Assembly (NCBI GenBank): GCA_964457385.1
Contig: CAYWGW010000002.1
Coordinates: 1,883 to 65,882, forward strand
DNA: 64,000 nt
Direction of reading: 5' to 3'
DNA from: an uncultured Spirochaetaceae bacterium
GTDB taxonomy: Bacteria; Myxococcota_A; UBA9160; UBA4427
The notes beneath the pieces are model-generated. The model had not been told where the DNA came from, did not search any database, and saw nothing but the letters and a program-made list of their open reading frames with translations. The stretch's first letter is position 1, and the number at the start of each line of letters is the position of its first letter. This document shows, piece after piece, positions 22,533 through 35,200 of the stretch. Both the position numbers and the translations under genes were made by a program.

Positions 22533-23873
22533 ATGGAGGCCTCGCGCCCGGTCCAGGATCCGATGGGACAGGTTCTCGTCCTCGCGTCGGACGAGGATCC
22601 GACACGGCTCAGTCTGTCGGCGGCCGAAGGCTACCTGCTCTCCCGGATCGATGGGGCGACGCCCTGGCGGCTGCTGCGGGAGATCGGCGGGATCCCCCCT
22701 GCGGAGGTGGATCGCTGCCTGAATCGCTGGGTCGAGGAGGGATTGCTGCGCGCGGTCGGACCGGACGGCTCCGCGAACGCCTCGGGCGCGCATCCCACTC
22801 CTCCGGACGACCCGCCCGCGAAGCCTTCGAAGGTGTCTCCAGCTGCTCGACCCGCGATCGACGAGAGGCTGCTCGACGAGACTCTCGAGATCGGCATCCC
22901 CCTCCAACGCCGTATTCTCGAGTTCGAGGCATCGCTCGGTCGACCCTATCACGAGCTACTCGGCGTGGAGCGGGGGGTCGAGGCGAGGGCCGTCAAGCGC
23001 GCCTACTTCAAGCTCTCCAAGGAGTTTCATCCAGACCGCTACTTCCGCCGCGAGATCGGGCATTTCGCACAGCGGCTCGACCGCATCTTCAAGAAGATCC
23101 TCGAGGCCTACGAGATGCTCTCGGATCCGGATCTCTGCGAGGTCGAGAACCAGGGAGCCAGCGCCGCGGCGACGGCGACCCGGGACGCTTCTGCGACTGC
23201 GACTATCACCGCCGGAGTCACTGCCGTCCCCGAAGCGGGCACGTCCGGGCCTTCCCATCGGACCTCTAAGCTCGAGCGGCTGCGTCAGCGTATGCCCTTC
23301 AAGATCGATCATGCCGGGATCGAGGCGCGTCGCGCACAGGCCCTCCAGATCTTCAAGGCCGCACAGGCCTCGCAAGAGGCCGGTCGTCTCAAGGAGGCCG
23401 AGTCGAATCTCCGCATCGCGATCAGCTTCGACCCCGGTCGGGCCGAGTTCAAGGAGGCGCTCGGTGCTCTTCGGCTGCAGGCAGCCGGTGCCCGGGCCAG
23501 CAAGCTTCTCGCGGCCTCGAACGATCGCATGAGCGAGACCGAGCTGCAGGAGGTCCTGGCCCTGCTCGAGGACGTACTGCTCTACCGGCCGCACGATCCC
23601 GACCTGAATGACCGCGCTGCGCGGATCTGCCTGAAGCTTGGGCGGCTGGCGCCGGCCCAGGAGTACGCGGAGACCTGCATCGCTCGAGCTCCAGAGGTCG
23701 CGGCCCATCACACGTTGCTCGGCGAGATTCTTCGCGAGCGGGGCGAGATCGACGCGGCATTGCACGAGTTCGAGACGGCGCTCAAGAACGACGCCGGGAA
23801 TACAGGGGCGCGGAGGGCGCTGGCCTCCTTGCGCCTTGGACGCCGTGATGCGGCGCGAGGAGGGAGCGGATGA
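22533..23873 (+). CDS. J-domain co-chaperone with an N-terminal ~50-aa helical domain and a C-terminal TPR region
   Basis: J domain is [33 protein letters not shown] (HPD motif). The C-terminal part is TPR-like ([21 protein letters not shown]..., [31 protein letters not shown]). ATG 22533 has GGGGAGA upstream, and the stop overlaps the Hsp70 start. Confidence 0.8.
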   Translation: MEASRPVQDPMGQVLVLASDEDPTRLSLSAAEGYLLSRIDGATPWRLLREIGGIPPAEVDRCLNRWVEEGLLRAVGPDGSANASGAHPTPPDDPPAKPSKVSPAARPAIDERLLDETLEIGIPLQRRILEFEASLGRPYHELLGVERGVEARAVKRAYFKLSKEFHPDRYFRREIGHFAQRLDRIFKKILEAYEMLSDPDLCEVENQGASAAATATRDASATATITAGVTAVPEAGTSGPSHRTSKLERLRQRMPFKIDHAGIEARRAQALQIFKAAQASQEAGRLKEAESNLRIAISFDPGRAEFKEALGALRLQAAGARASKLLAASNDRMSETELQEVLALLEDVLLYRPHDPDLNDRAARICLKLGRLAPAQEYAETCIARAPEVAAHHTLLGEILRERGEIDAALHEFETALKNDAGNTGARRALASLRLGRRDAARGGSG

Positions 23874-25441
23874 GTCGGGTGATCGGAATCGACCTCGGAA
23901 CGACGAATTCCTGTGTGGCAGTGGTCGAGAACGGCCAGCCGACGGTGGTGCCGAACTCGGGAGGCTACAAGACCACGCCTTCGATGTTCGGCATCGCGCA
24001 GGACGGCAAACGGCTGGTGGGACACCTCGCCAAGCGCCAGGCGATCACGAACGCGCGCAACACGATCTTCGCATCCAAGCGGCTGATCGGGCGTCGCTTC
24101 GAGGATCCGGAGGTGCAGAAGTCGATCGACCTTTCGCCCTACGAGATCGTGCGCGGGCCGAACGAGGATCCGCGCATCAAGATCGGCGGCAAAACCTTCA
24201 CCTGCCCCGAGATCGCGGGCATCATCCTGCGGGAGATGAAGCGGGTCGCCGAGGAGTATCTCGGCGAGACGGTGCAGGAGGCCGTGATCACCGTCCCTGC
24301 CTATTTCAACGACAGCCAGCGACAGTGCACCAAGGATGCGGGCAAGATCGCCGGTCTCGAGGTCCTGCGCATCATCAACGAGCCGACCGCCGCCGCTCTC
24401 GCCTACGGGATGAGCCGCAAGGGCGACGAGAAGATCGCCGTCTACGATCTCGGCGGGGGTACCTTCGACATCTCGATCCTCGACATGTCGGATGGCGTCG
24501 TCGAGGTGCTCGCCACCTCGGGCAATACCTTCCTCGGCGGCGAGGACTTCGATCGCCGGATCGTACAGCATCTCGTGGAGTGGTTCGAGGAGAACGAGGG
24601 GCTCGATCTCCGCAGTGACACCATGGCGCTTCAACGCCTGAAGGATGCCTCGGAGAAGGCCAAATGCGACCTCTCGATGCGCGAGGTCGTCGAGATCAAT
24701 CTTCCCTTCATCGCGAGCGCCGACGACGGCCCCCGACACCTCAACTACGAGCTGACCCGGGAAAGCCTGGAAGCGCTCGTTCAGGACGTCGTCGAGGGCA
24801 CCCTGAAGAGCGTGGAGCAATGCTGCGTCGACGCCGGCGTACAGCCGGGGGACATCGATCAGGTCGTGCTCGTGGGCGGGCAGACGCGGATGCCTCTCGT
24901 ACAGCGTCGGGTGATGGAGCATTTCGGCAAGCGGGCGCATAAGGGTGTGAATCCGGACGAGGTCGTTGCGCTCGGTGCCGCTGTGCAGGCTGCGGTCCTG
25001 CTCGATTCCGATCAGAACATGCTGCTGCTGGACGTGACTCCGCTGTCGCTGGGCATCGGGACCTACGGTGGCCATTTCGCCCGGCTGATCGAGCGCAACA
25101 CGACCGTCCCCGTCAGCAAGGGACACGTCTTCACCACCACCCGGGACGACCAGTCGGCCGTGAAGATCCGGGTCCTGCAGGGCGAGAGTGACCTGGCGGC
25201 CGAGAACGATCTGCTCGGGGAGTTCGTGCTCTCCGGGATTCGCCCGGCCCCGAAGGGTGAGCCGGAGATCGAGGTCTGCTTCGACATCGACGCCAACGGC
25301 ATCGTCAGCGTGTCGGCGCGGGATCTCGCGACCGGCAAGGAACAGTCGATCACGGTCAGCTCCACCGGGACGCTCTCGGATGCCGAGATCGAGGAGATCA
25401 TCGAAGAACACGACCTCTACGAGGTCCAGCTGAAGGGCTGA
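23870..25441 (+). CDS. Hsp70 family ATPase lacking the C-terminal helical lid (HscC-like truncated architecture)
   Basis: [24 protein letters not shown] and [10 protein letters not shown] motifs, linker [12 protein letters not shown] and a beta-SBD. The protein ends at 523 aa, roughly 100 aa shorter than DnaK. ATGA overlap with the J-protein stop. Confidence 0.9.
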   Translation: MSRVIGIDLGTTNSCVAVVENGQPTVVPNSGGYKTTPSMFGIAQDGKRLVGHLAKRQAITNARNTIFASKRLIGRRFEDPEVQKSIDLSPYEIVRGPNEDPRIKIGGKTFTCPEIAGIILREMKRVAEEYLGETVQEAVITVPAYFNDSQRQCTKDAGKIAGLEVLRIINEPTAAALAYGMSRKGDEKIAVYDLGGGTFDISILDMSDGVVEVLATSGNTFLGGEDFDRRIVQHLVEWFEENEGLDLRSDTMALQRLKDASEKAKCDLSMREVVEINLPFIASADDGPRHLNYELTRESLEALVQDVVEGTLKSVEQCCVDAGVQPGDIDQVVLVGGQTRMPLVQRRVMEHFGKRAHKGVNPDEVVALGAAVQAAVLLDSDQNMLLLDVTPLSLGIGTYGGHFARLIERNTTVPVSKGHVFTTTRDDQSAVKIRVLQGESDLAAENDLLGEFVLSGIRPAPKGEPEIEVCFDIDANGIVSVSARDLATGKEQSITVSSTGTLSDAEIEEIIEEHDLYEVQLKG

Positions 25442-25451
25442 GGTGGGCTGA

Positions 25452-26024
25452 ATGCACGACTCGACCGAGGCGAAGGTCGCGAGCCTGCTGCAGCAGGGGC
25501 TGGAGTCCTATGGGACCGGTGAGGTCGCCGACGCCTTCCTCTACTGGCGCGAGGTCCTCGATCTCGATCCGGGCAACGAGGAGGCGCTCGAATACATGCG
25601 CGACGCCGATCGTCGCGCGAAGCCCCGCGGTGGCTCGACGGAACGCTGTGCCGCACATCTGATGGACGAAGCCAGGCGGCTCCTTCGCGCCGGAGGCGAG
25701 GAGGCAGCGCTCGATCTGCTCTCGAACGCGCCGTCGGGAGCAGGCCTCGAATGCGAGGCGATGGCCGAGCTGCTGCGTGCGCGTCTCTACCAACGCTATC
25801 GCGCCCAGTTCGAGGATCAGACGCGGATTCCGAGGCTCGTCGGAAACGACGCGATGCAGATGCAGGGTCGAAATCTGCCGCCGAGTGCGGGGTTCCTGCT
25901 CTCGATGATCGATGGGCGCACCTCCTTGCAGGACCTCGTCTCGGTGTCGGGAATGGACCGCTTCGAAGCGCTGCGCTCACTGCATCGAATGATCGAGGCC
26001 GGGCTCGTGGAGTGGAGCTCATGA
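25452..26024 (+). CDS. Hypothetical protein: N-terminal TPR-like motif and a C-terminal ~50-aa domain paralogous to the J-protein N terminus
   Basis: 190 aa with high third-position GC. It starts 10 nt after the Hsp70 stop, and its own stop overlaps the next start. The C-terminal LPPSAGFLLSMIDGRTSLQDLVSVSGMDRFEALRSLHRMIEAGLVEW aligns with J-protein residues ~26-75. Confidence 0.6.
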   Translation: MHDSTEAKVASLLQQGLESYGTGEVADAFLYWREVLDLDPGNEEALEYMRDADRRAKPRGGSTERCAAHLMDEARRLLRAGGEEAALDLLSNAPSGAGLECEAMAELLRARLYQRYRAQFEDQTRIPRLVGNDAMQMQGRNLPPSAGFLLSMIDGRTSLQDLVSVSGMDRFEALRSLHRMIEAGLVEWSS

Positions 26025-26971
26025 GCGCCGCGGAGTCGATCTCGCTGCTGGGCTACGTCCAGACTCCGATCCTCGTCGGAGATCCAGAGGGCCGCATCGT
26101 CTACGCGAATCCGGCGTTCTGCTCCATCTTCGCCGACGGTGCCGAGGATCCGATCGGTCAGCCCCTTGCGATGGTTTTCGGAGGGGGCGCGAGGGAGGCA
26201 GTCCTCTCGGCGACGGCCTCGGTTCTCCAGGGCGGTCGCGCAGCTCGTCTGCAGCTGCGCGAGGCGGGCCATGGCTACACGGGTCTGGCGTCGCCGATCG
26301 ACGCCGAGGACGACCGCGTCGGCGTGATCATGGTCCTGCTCGAGGAGCCGTCCAACGAGGATCAGCTCGGTGGTCTCCTGGAAGAGGTGGCGGCGCCTCT
26401 GGGAGAGGCGATGGACTCGATCCAGGCCGCTTCGTCCGAGCTGCAGGCCGTGCTGACCCAGCGGCAGCGGGATCTGCTCGAGGGCAGCCGCGGATCCCTC
26501 GAGGAGGCACGGAAATGGCTGCAGGAGCTGCAGCGGGCGATGCGCGGCGGCAAACGTGCCCAGAGTCGTTTCGACGTGGCCGGGGTGATTCTGCGTGTAG
26601 CCGACCGCCTGCGGCAGGAACTCGGTGAGGAGCTCGATCTCGAGGTCCTGATGCCTCCGGATCTGCCCCGGATCGTCGGGACGTCCGTTGTCCTCGAGCG
26701 GCTGCTGAATCAGCTCCTGCGGTTGAGGCTCGGTGAGTCGCGGGCAGGGGAGCCGCTGACGCTTCTCGCGCGCAGGCTCGAGGGTGAGCGGGCCAGCAGT
26801 GTGCTCGTCTCCGTCGTCGACCGGCCCGACGCCTCGCGTCGGCAGGGGACGGGACACCCTCCTGAGATGCTGCAGCAGGGGGTGCTCGCGCTCGGTGGGG
26901 AGTCGATCTGTGTCGAAGACTCCCTGCTCGGGCGGGTGACCTCGATGCGTCTGGCCGTCGCTGCGGTGTGA
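26021..26971 (+). CDS. PAS-domain protein with a degenerate histidine-kinase-like core (pseudo-kinase candidate)
   Basis: PAS region is ILVGDPEGRIVYANPAFCSIFADGAEDPIGQPL. The H-box-like LLEEVAAPLGEAMDSI has Glu where the phospho-His is expected. A partial N-box (LLNQLLRL) is present, with no clear G1/G2 boxes. ATGA overlap at 26021. Confidence 0.65.
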   Translation: MSAAESISLLGYVQTPILVGDPEGRIVYANPAFCSIFADGAEDPIGQPLAMVFGGGAREAVLSATASVLQGGRAARLQLREAGHGYTGLASPIDAEDDRVGVIMVLLEEPSNEDQLGGLLEEVAAPLGEAMDSIQAASSELQAVLTQRQRDLLEGSRGSLEEARKWLQELQRAMRGGKRAQSRFDVAGVILRVADRLRQELGEELDLEVLMPPDLPRIVGTSVVLERLLNQLLRLRLGESRAGEPLTLLARRLEGERASSVLVSVVDRPDASRRQGTGHPPEMLQQGVLALGGESICVEDSLLGRVTSMRLAVAAV

Positions 26972-27140
26972 AGCATTCGGCAACGGGAAGCTTCGACGGC
27001 CGCCCCCGCGGCCCTCGTCGCCAGACCCCGAGCGATTCGACAGCCGCGCTCAAGGCCGTCAATCTTCCGGCCGATGACGAAGCTTTCGGGGTACGCGAGC
27101 AGGACGTCCTCGTGGCCGATCCCGTCCGGGAGGCAGATCG

Positions 27141-28631
27141 ATGTCCGATTCGGGAGCGCAGGGGCCGATTCCGGTCCTGCTGGTCGGTGAAGGGGCGAAG
27201 GGCGCGGCCGCCTCCCTGACGAGGGGCCTCTCGGCGTTGGGGCTACTTGCCCGATTCTCCTGCGCGTCCTTCGAATCTGCGCCTCGTGCGGCCGATGCCT
27301 CATCGGGAGCCCCGCTGCTGATTCTGATCGCCTTCGGTTCCGATGCCGGCGCGATCCTCGCCGATCCCGCATGGCGCTCCTGGGACCGCCCGGGTAGCGC
27401 GATCGCCCGTGTGGCCGTGGCCGAGTCGATTCTGCCGTCGGGGCCGATCGCCGGAGCGGACTTCTCGGCGGACAGCCCGGGGCCGGTCCGGGTCGATCCG
27501 AGTCGAATGGAGGTCCTGCCGCTGGTGGTCGGGACGCTGGCGCGCCTGCTGGTCGCGGAGCGCAGATCGGCGCAGCTCGAGCGACGGCTCGGCGTCGAGC
27601 GCGCATGCGAGTCGCTGGCAGCCTGTCTCGAGCCGGGCAAGCTCTACTCCCTGACGCTGGACCTGCTGCTCGAGAGCCTCGATCGGAGCCGCGGCATCGC
27701 CGTTTTTGCGCCGAGTCCGGCGCCTCAGGGTGCCGGTGTTGCGACTCGGGGCTTCGAAGACCCCGCCCACACGGACATCTGTCATCGACTCATCGAGGAG
27801 AAGGCGATCGCCAGCTCGCTCGGGGAGGGCGAGGTGGCGGTCGTGCCCTTCGGCCCACTCCACCACGTCCTCGGTCGGGCGGGCCTGGAGGCGCCCGGCG
27901 CCCTTCTCTCGGTGCCGCTGCGGGGGCAGGATCGCGAAGTCGGGCATGTCTGGATCCTCTCCGAGGGCGCTCGCTTCGACGAGGCCGACCTCGAGGCGGC
28001 CCGCATCATTGCCAGGCGATCGTGCAGCGCCCTCGATACGGCCGAGCGCTATCACCAGGCGAAAGAGCGAGCCTTCGTGGACGACGTGACCGGTGTCTAC
28101 AACGCGCGCTACCTGCTGACGACGACGGACAACGAGATCCAGCGCGCGGCGCGTTACGGCAATCCTCTCTCGGTGCTCTTCCTCGACCTGGATCGCTTCA
28201 AGACCGTGAATGATCGCTTCGGACATCTCGTCGGCTCCGATACGCTGAGACGGCTGGCCGACCTGCTGGCGCAATGCGTGCGTCAGGTGGATACACTGGC
28301 CCGCTATGGCGGGGATGAGTTCACGATCCTGCTCGTCGACACGCCCCATGAGACGGCCCTGGCCGTCGCCGAGCGGATCCGGCGGACGGTGGCGGGGCAT
28401 CTCTTCGAGTCCGGGGGCGGGGAAGGTGGCTTCCAGGTGTCGATCTCGATTGGCGTGGCGACCTGTCCGCCGCACGGCTCGTCGGGCAACGAGCTGCTCG
28501 ATGCCGCCGACAAGGCGATGTATCGGGCGAAGAGCGAAGGTCGCAACCGCATCTGCTCCGCCAGCGACCTACCGCCGTCGTCGCCCGAGGCGTTTGATCC
28601 GACGCGCCCCGGAGACACCCGGCAGAATTGA
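27141..28631 (+). CDS. Diguanylate cyclase (GGDEF) with an N-terminal pseudo-receiver and a GAF-like domain
   Basis: DDVTGVYNARYL, LFLDLDRFKTVNDRFGH and RYGGDEF motifs, with an RxxD I-site (RQVD) five residues upstream. The N-terminal VLLVGEG...LLILIAFGSD resembles REC but lacks the acidic pocket and acceptor Asp. GGGAGG lies upstream of the ATG. Confidence 0.9.
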   Translation: MSDSGAQGPIPVLLVGEGAKGAAASLTRGLSALGLLARFSCASFESAPRAADASSGAPLLILIAFGSDAGAILADPAWRSWDRPGSAIARVAVAESILPSGPIAGADFSADSPGPVRVDPSRMEVLPLVVGTLARLLVAERRSAQLERRLGVERACESLAACLEPGKLYSLTLDLLLESLDRSRGIAVFAPSPAPQGAGVATRGFEDPAHTDICHRLIEEKAIASSLGEGEVAVVPFGPLHHVLGRAGLEAPGALLSVPLRGQDREVGHVWILSEGARFDEADLEAARIIARRSCSALDTAERYHQAKERAFVDDVTGVYNARYLLTTTDNEIQRAARYGNPLSVLFLDLDRFKTVNDRFGHLVGSDTLRRLADLLAQCVRQVDTLARYGGDEFTILLVDTPHETALAVAERIRRTVAGHLFESGGGEGGFQVSISIGVATCPPHGSSGNELLDAADKAMYRAKSEGRNRICSASDLPPSSPEAFDPTRPGDTRQN

Positions 28632-28789
28632 CAGGCGCGGGCGCGGTTGCTATCCAAACGGCCGATTTCGCAACGTTTTCTGGTTCCCCTCCACCACTCG
28701 AGGTCGCTCGATCCCAGGCCGTCCGCGGCGTCGGGGATGCCGGGCGTATGGAATCGGAACGCCTCCTGCCGGGAGCCTGGGGAGCCTGG

Positions 28790-31735
<2,946 letters not shown>

Positions 31736-31737
<2 letters not shown>

Positions 31738-31755
31738 GCCCCGGATCAGGGGCTC
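31736..31755 (+). terminator. Stem-loop overlapping the mdh stop (GAGCCCC-ggatca-GGGGCTC)
   Basis: Perfect 7-bp stem with a 6-nt loop and no U tract. It may be an attenuator or processing site between mdh and sucC. Confidence 0.3.
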
Positions 31756-31800
31756 CGGGCACCTCATCCGACACCATATCGAGCTTTCGACGGAGTGGAC

Positions 31801-32970
31801 ATGAACGTTCATGAGTATCAGGCCAAGGCGCTCTTCCGCGAGTACGGCGTCGCCGTGCCGGACGGCGAACTCGCGACGACACCCGAAGAGGCGGAGCGCG
31901 CCGCGAAGAACCTCGGGACGCCCGTCGTCGTCGTGAAGGCACAGGTGCACGCGGGAGGCCGGGGCAAGGCGGGCGGCGTGAAGGTCGTCCGCTCGGCCTC
32001 CGAGGCGAAGAAGGCGGCGAGCGAGATCCTCGGGATGACCCTGCATACGCCGCAGACGCCACCGGAGGGAAAGCTCGTCCGCAAGGTCTACGTCGAGGCG
32101 GGCTCGAACATCGAGAAGGAGTACTACCTCGCCCTCCTCTTCGATCGGGCCGCGGAGAAGTTCGCGATCGTCGCGTCGACCGAGGGCGGTATGGAGATCG
32201 AGGAGGTCGCGGAGAACACGCCCGAGAAGATCCTGACCCAGCTCGTCGATCCCAATGCCGGTCTCTGGGAGTACCAGGCTCGCGACCTCGGCTTCAGGCT
32301 CGGTCTGACCTCGGACCAGGTCAAGAAATTCGTCGCCTTCGTGACGAACCTCTATCGCGTCTTTCTCGAGAAAGATTGCTCTCAGGTGGAGATCAATCCT
32401 CTCGTCCTGACGACGGAGGGGGATCTCTACGCGCTCGACGGCAAGCTGGGCTTCGACGACAACGCGCTCTACCGGCATCCGGAGATCGCTGCGCTGCGGG
32501 ATCCGGAGGAGGAGGATGCGCGCGAGCGGGCTGCGAAGGAAATCGATCTGGCTTACGTCGGGCTCGACGGCGACATCGGCTGCATGGTGAACGGTGCGGG
32601 TCTCGCGATGGCGACGCTCGACATGATCCACTACTGCGGAGGCAGGCCCGCGAACTTCCTCGATGCCGGAGGGGGCGCGGACAAGGAGAAGGTGAAGGAA
32701 GCCTTCAAGCTGATCCTGCGCGACGAGAACGTGAAGGCCATTCTCGTGAACATTTTCGGCGGCATCGTTCGCTGCGATCTCATCGCCGAGGGGGTCGTCG
32801 CGGCGGCGGCGGACCTCGGAGTGACCGTACCGCTGGTCGTTCGTCTGCAGGGGACGAAGTCGGTGGAGGGACGCGAGATCCTGGCGAAGTCGGATCTGAA
32901 CATCACTCCGGCGGAGACGCTGAAGGAAGCGGGCGAGCTGGCTGTGGCCGCCGTGAAGGGAGCAGCCTGA
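31801..32970 (+). CDS. sucC: Succinate--CoA ligase subunit beta
   Basis: [32 protein letters not shown] and [10 protein letters not shown] motifs. ATG 31801 has GGAG 5 nt upstream. Confidence 0.95.
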   Translation: MNVHEYQAKALFREYGVAVPDGELATTPEEAERAAKNLGTPVVVVKAQVHAGGRGKAGGVKVVRSASEAKKAASEILGMTLHTPQTPPEGKLVRKVYVEAGSNIEKEYYLALLFDRAAEKFAIVASTEGGMEIEEVAENTPEKILTQLVDPNAGLWEYQARDLGFRLGLTSDQVKKFVAFVTNLYRVFLEKDCSQVEINPLVLTTEGDLYALDGKLGFDDNALYRHPEIAALRDPEEEDARERAAKEIDLAYVGLDGDIGCMVNGAGLAMATLDMIHYCGGRPANFLDAGGGADKEKVKEAFKLILRDENVKAILVNIFGGIVRCDLIAEGVVAAAADLGVTVPLVVRLQGTKSVEGREILAKSDLNITPAETLKEAGELAVAAVKGAA

Positions 32971-32971
32971 G

Positions 32972-33850
32972 ATGGCGATCCTCTGCGACAAAGAGACGAA
33001 GCTGATCGTGCAGGGCATGGGCCGGATGGGAACCTTTCACGCGGGGCTCTCGCGCGAGTACGGTACGCAGGTCGTCGGCGGCGTCCATCCCGGCAAGGGT
33101 GGGACCGAAATCGCGGGATTTCCCGTCTTCGATACGGTCCGGGAGGCGGTGGCTGCCACCGGCGCCAATGCGTCGGTGATCTTCGTCCCGCCGCCGGGGG
33201 CCGCGGATGCCATCCTGGAGGCGGCCGAGAACGAGCTGGGCCTCGCGGTCTGCATCACCGAAGGCATCCCGGTGATCGACATGGCGCGAGCCAAGGCGGC
33301 GTTGGCAGGCAGTCGCACGCGGCTGCTCGGCCCGAACTGCCCCGGCGTCGTGACGCCAGGACAATGCCGCATCGGGATCATGCCCGCGCAGATCACGCGT
33401 CCCGGTCCGGTCGGCGTGGTCTCCCGTTCGGGCACCCTCACCTACGAGGCCGTCGACCAGCTCTCGAGACTGGACATCGGCCAGTCGAGCTGTGTGGGCA
33501 TCGGGGGTGATCCCGTGATCGGGACGAGCTTCATCGACGCGCTGACGCTCTTCGAAGCGGACCCGGAAACGAAGGCCGTCGTGATGATCGGAGAGATCGG
33601 CGGATCCGCCGAGGAAGAGGCCGCCGAGTTCGTGCGGTCGAACATGACGAAGCCCGTGGCCGCTTTCATCGCGGGACAGAACGCTCCGGCTGGAAAGCGC
33701 ATGGGGCATGCGGGGGCCATCATCGCCGGCGGCAAGGGCAAGGCTTCCGACAAGATCGCGGCGTTGGAGGCGAACGGGGTCGCGGTTTCTCCTTCCCCGG
33801 CGGAGATCGGCGACACTTTGGCGAAGCACGCGCCGGGGCTGGCCGGCTGA
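32972..33850 (+). CDS. sucD: Succinate--CoA ligase subunit alpha
   Basis: [33 protein letters not shown] and the MGHAGAII phosphohistidine loop. Confidence 0.95.
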   Translation: MAILCDKETKLIVQGMGRMGTFHAGLSREYGTQVVGGVHPGKGGTEIAGFPVFDTVREAVAATGANASVIFVPPPGAADAILEAAENELGLAVCITEGIPVIDMARAKAALAGSRTRLLGPNCPGVVTPGQCRIGIMPAQITRPGPVGVVSRSGTLTYEAVDQLSRLDIGQSSCVGIGGDPVIGTSFIDALTLFEADPETKAVVMIGEIGGSAEEEAAEFVRSNMTKPVAAFIAGQNAPAGKRMGHAGAIIAGGKGKASDKIAALEANGVAVSPSPAEIGDTLAKHAPGLAG

Positions 33851-33877
33851 TCGGCGGAAGGGCGACGCGTCGCGCGT

Positions 33878-35197
33878 TCATCGCCGTACGGTGCGTGCGG
33901 CGCGGTTGGTCGGCATAGCCGAGAGTCCGTTGGCCCAGGCGGCGGCCTCGACCTCGCTGTGCTGGAGCTCGGCGGGCGTGAGCCCGAGTTCGTCGAGCAT
34001 CGCCGCGACGGCGTCGAGATCGTTTTCTTCAAGCCGTTCTCGAAGCGTGAGTAGCTTGCCGAGCGTCCCTTCTCGACGCATCAGGGCCGTCTCGATCGAG
34101 TAGTCGAGTGCCAGCTTCTGTGAGATCGCTTTCGGTGTCATCCCGAAGAGGGCCGGCGTCAGCGAGAGCATTCCGGTCAACGCGGCCCGGCTCGGCTCGA
34201 GTTCGTGGCTTCCGATCCGCTTTTCGAGCCGGATTCGGGCCAGGGACTCCATGGTCTTTCCGCGTACGGCCGCCATCCGGCAGAGGGGGTGCGCACAGCC
34301 CTGCTCGTCGTCGCTGGCGAGGAGCAGGAGGTGCAGCCAGCTCAGGAGCTGGCTGCGACCGACCATGACGAGGGCCTGCTCGAGCGAGTCGATCCGCTGG
34401 GCGGGCGTGCCGCGCATCAGGTTGGCCATGCTCAGGAGATTCACGATGAGATGGGGCACGGTGCGCAGGCGCTCGCCGACCTCGGAGACCGGCGTCTCTT
34501 CGTCGATCGCCGCGATCATGTCCAGCAGGGCCACGCTATGGGTGGATACGCGCTCGCGGGCGAGGGTTTCGGGGCGGGCGAAGTAGTAGCCCTGCACGAG
34601 ATCCCAGCCCTGACGCAGGACCAGACGATGTGTCTCGTACGTCTCGACGTGGACGGCGATCTTTCCGACGCTCTGCTCGTCGAGCTCTCGCGCGATTTTT
34701 CGAAGGGTGAGAGGACGATTCCGGCTCACATCCACTTTGGCGAAGCTGGCGTAGGGCAACAGTGCCCCGCGCGGATCGCGGTATCCGAAGTCGTCGAGGC
34801 AGATCCGGAATCCCTCACCCCGAAGTACCTCGATCCTTTCCACCAGCGCGTCGTCGACCGTGACGAGGGGAGGAATGTCGAATACGAGGAGGGATGCAGG
34901 CAGTGCATCCGTGTGGCGGGCGATGTCGAGCCGCGGGTCCGCATTCACGAAGCCCGGGAGGTTTCCCAGCAGCGTCTCCGCCCCGAAGCCGGCGAGGGCC
35001 GCGACGAGTACGCGGGCGGTCGCCCGGAACCCGTCGCTGAACTCGGCCCGTTCGGAATCGGGTGCATCCCGGAAGAGCAGGTCGTGCGCAACGATCCGCC
35101 CATCGGGGTCGAGGATCGGTTGGCGTCCGATGAAGAAGGTTCGCGTCGCGTCCGCAGAGGACGGGCGTTCGGCGGGCTCTTCGATCGGATGGCTCAT
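33878..35197 (-). CDS. EAL-like plus HDOD domain signalling protein (COG3434-type), with the EAL signature reading DLL
   Basis: FFIGRQPILDPDGRIVAHDLLFR, ICLDDFG, FAKVDVS and GYYFARPE motifs. The HDOD region has VPHLIVNLLSMANL...SLEQALVMVGRSQLLSWL. AAGGAG lies 4 nt upstream of the ATG. Confidence 0.85.
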   Translation of the reverse strand: MSHPIEEPAERPSSADATRTFFIGRQPILDPDGRIVAHDLLFRDAPDSERAEFSDGFRATARVLVAALAGFGAETLLGNLPGFVNADPRLDIARHTDALPASLLVFDIPPLVTVDDALVERIEVLRGEGFRICLDDFGYRDPRGALLPYASFAKVDVSRNRPLTLRKIARELDEQSVGKIAVHVETYETHRLVLRQGWDLVQGYYFARPETLARERVSTHSVALLDMIAAIDEETPVSEVGERLRTVPHLIVNLLSMANLMRGTPAQRIDSLEQALVMVGRSQLLSWLHLLLLASDDEQGCAHPLCRMAAVRGKTMESLARIRLEKRIGSHELEPSRAALTGMLSLTPALFGMTPKAISQKLALDYSIETALMRREGTLGKLLTLRERLEENDLDAVAAMLDELGLTPAELQHSEVEAAAWANGLSAMPTNRAARTVRR

Positions 35198-35200
35198 GGG

